The notes beneath the pieces were generated by a model. That model was not told the DNA's origin and searched no databases. It was given only the letters and a program-made list of their open reading frames with translations. A stretch of DNA of 64,000 nt from Pelagomonas calceolata (taxonomy: Eukaryota), in NCBI GenBank assembly GCA_918797485.1, contig CAKKNE010000001.1, positions 2,108,001-2,172,000 of the forward strand. Direction: 5' to 3'. Both the position numbers and the translations under genes were made by a program. This document shows, in pieces, positions 57,802 to 64,000 of this stretch; within the stretch, counting starts at the first letter, position 1, and every line of letters starts with the position of its first letter.

Positions 57802-58932
57802 ATGTCTAAGCTCGTCCTCGCGATCACATTTGCGGGCGCCGCGACGAGCGCGGCGGCGTTGAAGCCGGTAGACCGCCTCGACGCTGCCAGCGTAACGCTA
57901 GATCGGCCCGTCGCGCCGCTGCCGACCTTCGCGCCGCTGCCCGTCGTCGCCGACGCGCCGGAGAAGGCGCTGGAAGACGTCCCGGACCTGCCGCTGCGCC
58001 GCGCCGCGCTCCGCGAGTGGGCCGCGGAGAACAATCGCGTGGAAGGCCTGGGCGAAAAGATTGACATCGACGTCGACGGCATCATCGCGGCGGCGCCGGC
58101 CAAAAAAGGCGACATCCTCTTCGCCATGAGCACCGAGTCCGTAGTGACGGCCCACGCCGCGTACAACGACCCCGACCTGCTCTCGCTGCGGCCGATCGCG
58201 CAGAAGGCCGGGCCCGGGTTCGGCGTCGTGGCGGTGGCCGCGCTCCTCGCCGCGGAGGAGGTCCGGGGCTACCGTCGGAGGTTGGTGTCGTCCTGCGCCC
58301 CGGAGGCCCCGGGTACCGTCGAGCCCAGCGAGTGGGGCCCCGCCCTGCGGCCGCTGTGGGCCTCGGACCAGCTCGACGCCGCGGCCTTCATCGACCCCGA
58401 CGTGGCTCCGATCGTCGACCAGGGCTGCGCCATCGTCCTCCCGCTCCTCGAGGCGGCTGCTCGCCGGTCGTGGTCGGGGCCCAAGCCGGAGCGGCCGGCC
58501 GCGCGCACGGTCTTCGAGCGGACGCCGGACCACTGGCGCCGCGCGGAGCTCTACGCAGACGGCGCCGCCCCCTCGTGGTCGCGCGGCGACCTCGAGCGCG
58601 TCGCCCGCCGGAGTTTTGGACTGGTTTTGGCGGCGCAGAAGCCGCCGCCGGGCTACGTCAAGGACGCCGGTGCCAACGTCCTGACCGACGAGGGCGCGCC
58701 GTCGGCGTGGCTCCAGCGCGTGGGCGAGGGCGAGGAACAAACGGTCGTGTCCGAGCCGCTCGCGCTCGTGCCGCTCGTGGGCGAGCTGATGGGGCCGGGC
58801 GCGGCGAACAGCGTCCTCGGCGCGCCGCCGCCGCAGAAGGCCGGCAATCGGGGCGAGGGCGTTTGCATCTGGTGCGTCGCATCGCGCGACATCGAGGCGG
58901 GCGAACGACTCGTCGCGGCGGATCCCTGGTAA
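57802..58932 (+). CDS. SET-domain-like (Rubisco-LSMT-like) protein with signal peptide
   Basis: LREWA...GIIAAAPAKKGDILF; LALVPLVGELM...CVASRDIEAGERL. Confidence 0.6.
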   Translation: MSKLVLAITFAGAATSAAALKPVDRLDAASVTLDRPVAPLPTFAPLPVVADAPEKALEDVPDLPLRRAALREWAAENNRVEGLGEKIDIDVDGIIAAAPAKKGDILFAMSTESVVTAHAAYNDPDLLSLRPIAQKAGPGFGVVAVAALLAAEEVRGYRRRLVSSCAPEAPGTVEPSEWGPALRPLWASDQLDAAAFIDPDVAPIVDQGCAIVLPLLEAAARRSWSGPKPERPAARTVFERTPDHWRRAELYADGAAPSWSRGDLERVARRSFGLVLAAQKPPPGYVKDAGANVLTDEGAPSAWLQRVGEGEEQTVVSEPLALVPLVGELMGPGAANSVLGAPPPQKAGNRGEGVCIWCVASRDIEAGERLVAADPW

Positions 58933-58984
58933 ACATGTCATACTCTAACTATCTTTATCACGCAAACACGAACGAAGGAAACAA

Positions 58985-60874
58985 CTAGTGCATGTGCGCC
59001 GCGCCGCCGTGCGCGTGGAAAAGGTGCTCGCCGTGGCCGTGGCCGTGCTCGTGGTGGTGGTCCGTCGCCACGGGCGGCAGCTCGTGGGGCGTCTCGTACT
59101 GCGAGGCCGCGGCGGCGGCGTCCTCGGCGACCATGAGGGGCACGGCGTAGCCCTCGTATCGGCGCGCGCCGTCCGGCTTCGACGCGTCCTGTGGCGCGTC
59201 CTTCGTCAGGACGGGCATGTAGGCCCACCGGCCTTCGACGCGCACGCGCGCGGTCGCGTCGGCCTGCCCGAGCAGTTTCCTAGAAGCGTCGGCGGCGAAG
59301 GCCTCGGTCCACGTCTTCGTGGGCACGCCCTCCGTCGCCTGTTCCGCGGCCCAGAAGGGCACCGCCACGGACGGGTCGACGCTCTGCACGGCGGCCTCCA
59401 ACAAAGCGCCAAAGGCCGCGAAGTTGGAATCTAACGTAGAATGCGTCCGCGAGAGGCCCGTCGCCTGGAGCGCCGCGGCCGGCTTCTTGACCTCGCCGTC
59501 GAAGCCGAGCGCCGCGCGCCGCTCCAAACCAAGAGCCTGGCCGACGAAGCGCTGGCCGAAGGTCTCCCAATCCGTTTGATCGCCCTTGACCTCCAGCCGG
59601 TGGCCGCCGACGTCTCGCACCTCGCTTGGTACCCTTAGAGGTTTAGACTTCTCGACGAGGTCCGCGGCCGCGTCCGCGCCGACCTTCCCCGCGAGGAGGT
59701 CGTGGTCCTCGCCGTCGGCGCCGAGGAGCGCGTGCGCGGCCCAGAGCTCGTCCATGCTCCGGAAGGCGGGACCGTACTTTTGGCGCCCCCGCGCCGCCGG
59801 CGTCTCGTACAACTTCACAATGGCTTGGAGGAACCGCGACCGGTCGGCGGGCGTGAGCGCCGTCGCCGCGCGCCGCGCGTGCCGCACGTCGACCTGAAAT
59901 ATGGCCTTGCCTCCCTTGGTTTCGACGGCGAGCGTGTAGGCGCCGGGCTCCGTTAACGTGGCGTTGCCCACGACGACGCGGCGGCCGGCGCCGAGCTCGA
60001 TCGGTTGCTCGCATTGCTCCTCGTGCCCGTGGTCGTGTCCGTGGGCTTCGGGCGCGCCGTGGTCGTGCTCATGACTCTCGGGCGCGCCGTGGTCGTGTGC
60101 ATGAGCCTCGGGCGCGCCGTGGTCGTGCCCGTGGGCCTCACTCGCGCCATGGTCGTGCTCGTGACTCTCGGGTGCGCTGTGGTCGTGCCCGTGACTCTCG
60201 GGCGCGCCGTGGTCGTGCTCGTGACTGTCGGGCGCGCCGTGGTCGTGCTCGTGACTCTCGGGCGCGCCGTGGTCGTGAGCGTGGGCCTCGCCGTGGGCGT
60301 GGTGCGCGTGTCCGGCGTCGCCGTGGGCGTGGTCCGCGGCGCCACCGTGGTCGTGCGCATCAGACTCGCCGTGCGCGTGGTGCGCGTGGCAGTCGCCGCC
60401 GTGGCAGTGGTGCGAGTGCCCGTCGCCCCCGTCGTGCGCGTGCCCCTGGTCCGCGTCCGGCGCCCGCTGGAGTTTGAGGGAGTAAGTATCGTGGTCGTGG
60501 CCGCGCTCCGCCGCCTCGGCTTCTGCGAGCGTCGCTTCGAGCCGGGCGCGCTCTTCCTTTAACCACGCCGCGCGGTCGGCCGGCGGCGCCTGGCCCAGCG
60601 AGTGCGCGATGGCCGCGAGCTCAGACGCGATTTGTAAGGTGTTCGCCGCGGCGTCGAGCTGCGCCTCATGATCCGCGTCGGAGCGTGTCACGACGAGTAC
60701 CGTCTCGCGGTACGGCTCGACGACGCAGCCGGCGACGCAGTCTTCCACGCCGTACGCGTTCTTCGCGACGAGGCTTAGCTGGAAAGGTCCGTCGTCGTCG
60801 GCGTGGTGGTGGCCCTTGTGCGCGTGGACTGCGCCCGCGGCGAGCACCAGCCAAGCGTAGGCTGTGCGGCGCAT
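58985..60874 (-). CDS. Secreted His-rich protein with degenerate tyrosinase-like domain
   Basis: Signal peptide; HxHDHGAPES repeats; RRAATALTPADRSRFLQA...KYGPAF and EAAVQSVDPSVAVPFW. Confidence 0.75.
   Translation of the reverse strand: MRRTAYAWLVLAAGAVHAHKGHHHADDDGPFQLSLVAKNAYGVEDCVAGCVVEPYRETVLVVTRSDADHEAQLDAAANTLQIASELAAIAHSLGQAPPADRAAWLKEERARLEATLAEAEAAERGHDHDTYSLKLQRAPDADQGHAHDGGDGHSHHCHGGDCHAHHAHGESDAHDHGGAADHAHGDAGHAHHAHGEAHAHDHGAPESHEHDHGAPDSHEHDHGAPESHGHDHSAPESHEHDHGASEAHGHDHGAPEAHAHDHGAPESHEHDHGAPEAHGHDHGHEEQCEQPIELGAGRRVVVGNATLTEPGAYTLAVETKGGKAIFQVDVRHARRAATALTPADRSRFLQAIVKLYETPAARGRQKYGPAFRSMDELWAAHALLGADGEDHDLLAGKVGADAAADLVEKSKPLRVPSEVRDVGGHRLEVKGDQTDWETFGQRFVGQALGLERRAALGFDGEVKKPAAALQATGLSRTHSTLDSNFAAFGALLEAAVQSVDPSVAVPFWAAEQATEGVPTKTWTEAFAADASRKLLGQADATARVRVEGRWAYMPVLTKDAPQDASKPDGARRYEGYAVPLMVAEDAAAAASQYETPHELPPVATDHHHEHGHGHGEHLFHAHGGAAHMH
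60025..60280 (-). repeat. Coding 30-bp tandem repeat (about 8 x HxHDHGAPE[S/A])
   Basis: GGTCGTGCTCGTGACTCTCGGGCGCGCCGT-like units. Confidence 0.9.
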
Positions 60875-61223
60875 CGGTGCTGGTCGTGCGCGCCGTGCGT
60901 GCACAGTTTCGCTTCTAAAATGGGTCGCGCGTGCAGCCAGCGATGCCGGTGCTCTGTCTTCGCGTTTGTGCGTGCAACGAGAGACTCTGCGCTGCACTCG
61001 ATGCAATTGCCTCTGCGAGCAGCTTGCCTCTCTGCGACACGTGCTCAAAGCAAACGGACTGCTTAACTTGCGGCAGAGGTCTTGCTTCGCTGAAACGAGG
61101 ACGCCAGAGCGCCGCAGGAATTCGTGGCACCGCGCTCGTTGCACCGCAGCATCAGATTCAAGTACAACTTGTGAGCTGCAGGCCTGAAGCCTGAAGTACT
61201 CCACCAACGAGACGACAGCAGCG

Positions 61224-62603
61224 ATGGGTCGCGGCGGCGCCTTGACGCGGACGCAGCTGCGGGCACAGATTCAAAACGGCAAGCTCACGAGGAAACAACT
61301 TTGGGCGCCGCGGTGGATGCTGGCCGCGCACGCCTTCCAGTGCGTCGGCGACCGCTCGTGGGGCCTCTTCCTACCGCTCTACCTCGCGGAACTCCGACCT
61401 GGAAGCGTCGCGCCCGTTGCTGTGATAGAAGTCGTGCGCTACGGCTTCGGCATGCTCTTCGCGACGAAGGTCGCGGAGTGGTGCGAGACGCAAGGACACT
61501 CAAAAGTACTGCGGCGGCTGCTGATCTGCGAGAACTTGGGGGTGGTGCTGGGGGCCTTGTTGTCGCGGGCGGCGCTCGGGGATCTCGGGAATCCGGCCTT
61601 CTGGGCCGCGGCTGTTTTTTTTGGCGTCGACGCGGTGTGCTCGTCAGCCTTACAAACGCTCGTCGGCAAGGTGGCCGTGCGGTCTCTATCATCTTCCATC
61701 CAAGCGACGCGGCTCGCGGAAACGAACGCGCGACTCGTTAGATTAGACATGGCCGTGGCCCTGTCGTGTCCGTTGGTCGTGGGCTACTTATCCAAAAGAC
61801 ACGGCGGGCTCCGAGGCCTGCATTGTCACGACGACGACTGCCACGCGCACCACTTCGGGGCGGCGGCGGCGTTAGCTGTTTCTCATGTGATTGGCGGTGT
61901 TGCCGTTTTCATATGTAGCGGCAAGTTCCGGTCGTGCCTCAGCGACAGTCCGCCGCCCTCGCCGCGATCGGTCATCCCCAAGTCACCTTCCAAATTAGAA
62001 GGTCTAAATGCGGTAAAGAAGCTGGACCCCTTCGCGCGCGGGTGCCTGGACTGCTACTGTTTATTGTATTTCACGGTACTGAGTCCGCACGGCGTCACGG
62101 TGGCCTGGTTACGAGGAGTGCGGCGCACGGACGCGGCCGTGATTGGCTTATTTCAGACGCTCGCCCAGGGCGCTGGTTTATTGGCGACGTTTTTCACACC
62201 ATTCGTCGTGGAGCGGACGGGCGCGCGAAAAGCCGCGCGCGTCTCGAACGCGGCGCAAGTTTTGTGTGCGGCTTTATCTGTCTTCGCTCTGTACCATGGC
62301 CACGAGAAGGTATTTTTAGCTGGTTTATGTGCGTCGCGGTTTGGCTTGTGGGCCTTCGATCTGCTGGAACGGGAGATTCTGCAGACGGCCGCGCGGAGCG
62401 ACGACCAGTGCATGGCGCTCTTCGCGGAGCAGTCGCGGCGCACGTCGGCGGCGTCGTTACTTATATTCGGGGCGTCGGCCTACCTCTCGGACGCCGAAAA
62501 ATTCCCCTACCTCCTCGGCGCGTCGCTCGCGACGCTCGTCGTGTCGATGCTCGTGCTCGACCGCGGCGCGCGGCGCGCGGACGCGCTCGCGAAGCGGGAC
62601 TAA
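61224..62603 (+). CDS. Ferroportin (SLC40)-like divalent metal transporter
   Basis: GDRSW, ETNARLVRLD, LLYFTVLS, SRFGLWAFDL..REILQ motifs; His/Cys/Asp loop. Confidence 0.85.
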   Translation: MGRGGALTRTQLRAQIQNGKLTRKQLWAPRWMLAAHAFQCVGDRSWGLFLPLYLAELRPGSVAPVAVIEVVRYGFGMLFATKVAEWCETQGHSKVLRRLLICENLGVVLGALLSRAALGDLGNPAFWAAAVFFGVDAVCSSALQTLVGKVAVRSLSSSIQATRLAETNARLVRLDMAVALSCPLVVGYLSKRHGGLRGLHCHDDDCHAHHFGAAAALAVSHVIGGVAVFICSGKFRSCLSDSPPPSPRSVIPKSPSKLEGLNAVKKLDPFARGCLDCYCLLYFTVLSPHGVTVAWLRGVRRTDAAVIGLFQTLAQGAGLLATFFTPFVVERTGARKAARVSNAAQVLCAALSVFALYHGHEKVFLAGLCASRFGLWAFDLLEREILQTAARSDDQCMALFAEQSRRTSAASLLIFGASAYLSDAEKFPYLLGASLATLVVSMLVLDRGARRADALAKRD

Positions 62604-62627
62604 GGTATTCGGTCGTAGTAACGGTAC

Positions 62628-63329
62628 TTAGTAGTCCCCCACGTGGAACGCGTACTCGACGACGCGGCGGACCATCTCCGGCGGGAGACGCGGGAACTTG
62701 GGGACGAACGTAGCGGTGATGGCGTTGAGGTGGTTGCGCTCGTATCGCTTGAAGCCGCCGGCGGCCCGGATTTTCTGTACGTACGCAATGTCCGTCCCCG
62801 TGGGGAGAGCTGCGCCGGCGCGGAAAAAAATCGGGTACAGTTTATGATACATACCCACATTTCTGGTAAAGATAGCAGCTTCAAGCGGCGTCCTACCATA
62901 TTGATTAGTCAGGTTCACATCTCCGCCCGCTCTGATGAGCTCCTGGACCATGGCTTTTACTCTCAAATTATCATAATCTGACATAAATACATAATGTAAC
63001 GCTGATTGACGGCCATTGGTGGTGTAATTCGGGTCAGCGCCCGCGTCTAAGAGCAGTGGTACGAACTCTGGGTGGCTGAGGATTGCCCAGTGCAAAGGCG
63101 TCACATTGGCACTGTTTCCCACGTTTACATTGGCTCCGCTAGCTATGAGCAACTCGATGCAAGCGACTCGGTCTCCTCCTTCTACGCCTCCGCACAAATA
63201 GTGGAGAGGTGTGAAGCCGTACGGCGGATCCGCCGCGTTTGGCGAGACGCCATCCTCGAGCGCTCGTCGCAAAGCGTCGACGTCCCCGGAGGTTGCGGCC
63301 CTGTGTATCGGTAGTGATGGTACTTCCAT
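62628..63329 (-). CDS. Ankyrin-repeat protein
   Basis: Several TPLH...GADVN repeats. Confidence 0.9.
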   Translation of the reverse strand: MEVPSLPIHRAATSGDVDALRRALEDGVSPNAADPPYGFTPLHYLCGGVEGGDRVACIELLIASGANVNVGNSANVTPLHWAILSHPEFVPLLLDAGADPNYTTNGRQSALHYVFMSDYDNLRVKAMVQELIRAGGDVNLTNQYGRTPLEAAIFTRNVGMYHKLYPIFFRAGAALPTGTDIAYVQKIRAAGGFKRYERNHLNAITATFVPKFPRLPPEMVRRVVEYAFHVGDY

Positions 63330-64000
63330 CTATTTGTCGACGGCTAAGCAAAGGTGCCCGCTCAGTTGCTTTTTTAATTGCTTAAATTGCCACTCAGTGG
63401 CACTTACTCGCCTGGGCACGTGACAAGGCTCTATCTGATGAACCGTTGGTGGCGCCGGGCGGTCCTTTTGCGCCGCGCGCGCGTCGCGCCTGCAAACCCG
63501 TTTTGATACATGAGGACATACCAGGTAAGGTACATGGGATATATATATGGGCCCATATATATATTCTATGTGCTTTCTATAAATATATCGCGGAGCAAGG
63601 GGAACGAAAGCCGCCCGGAGGCTGCTATATATAATAATATATAAATATATACACTCCCCATGGCGGTCCATTCCGCGCCCGTGCCACTGACGGTCCCCCC
63701 GTATTCGAGCGTAATTAGCCTGGAGGACCCGTTGGCCCTGAGGTCATACACAACACAGAACTTAAAAGTACCCCCCACCCGCCGCCCGCCGTCGAATCGA
63801 ACCCTTCCGCCTCCGCGCCTCGACGGCCGCCCGGAAGCCGTCCATGCTCATGGCCCCCGCCGCGTCGTCGATCAAGTCCCGGCCCATCCGGCGACCGGCC
63901 GTCGACACGCGAGCCCCTACGCGTACGCGGCAGCGCGACCGCAGGTGCCTTAATTCCAACTCGTTCAACGCTCCCAAGTTCTCGTTCGCCCGCCTCAGCT

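Noticed and set aside
1..64000. Numerous long Arg/Ala/Pro-rich overlapping ORFs
   Set aside because: Shadow frames expected from high GC and GC3 bias

Overview
GC-rich, gene-dense eukaryotic algal nuclear DNA, most consistent with a pelagophyte stramenopile (Pelagomonas/Aureococcus-like). This is inferred from ASAFAP-type bipartite plastid-targeting leaders, introner-type introns with TIRs and 8-bp TSDs, and MYND/U-box-Sel1/ankyrin family members. About 35 protein genes are recognisable: acetyl-CoA synthetase, ADP/ATP carrier, kinesin-3, JmjC, SufA/IscA, HDAC, BK-like K+ channel, NiCoT, P450, ferroportin-like, a PCP-like protein and others. The most striking feature is invisible in the ORF track. 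At 10820-10984 (-) lies a circularly permuted tRNA-Pro(AGG) gene that is also broken by four introns (positions 30/31, 37/38, 43/44, 68/69). Every junction folds into a bulge-helix-bulge-like motif whose predicted cuts rebuild an exact 72-nt cloverleaf. Nearby, three tandem tRNA-Pro(CGG) genes carry a non-canonical 27/28 BHB-like intron, and both loci share a ~36-bp upstream element. Also notable are introner elements and a recurrent intron motif grammar, a divergent His-rich pseudo-tyrosinase/ferroportin pair, and a TET/JBP-like 2OG-Fe(II) dioxygenase. Exon boundaries were read by eye and protein identities come from motif recognition, not database searches.
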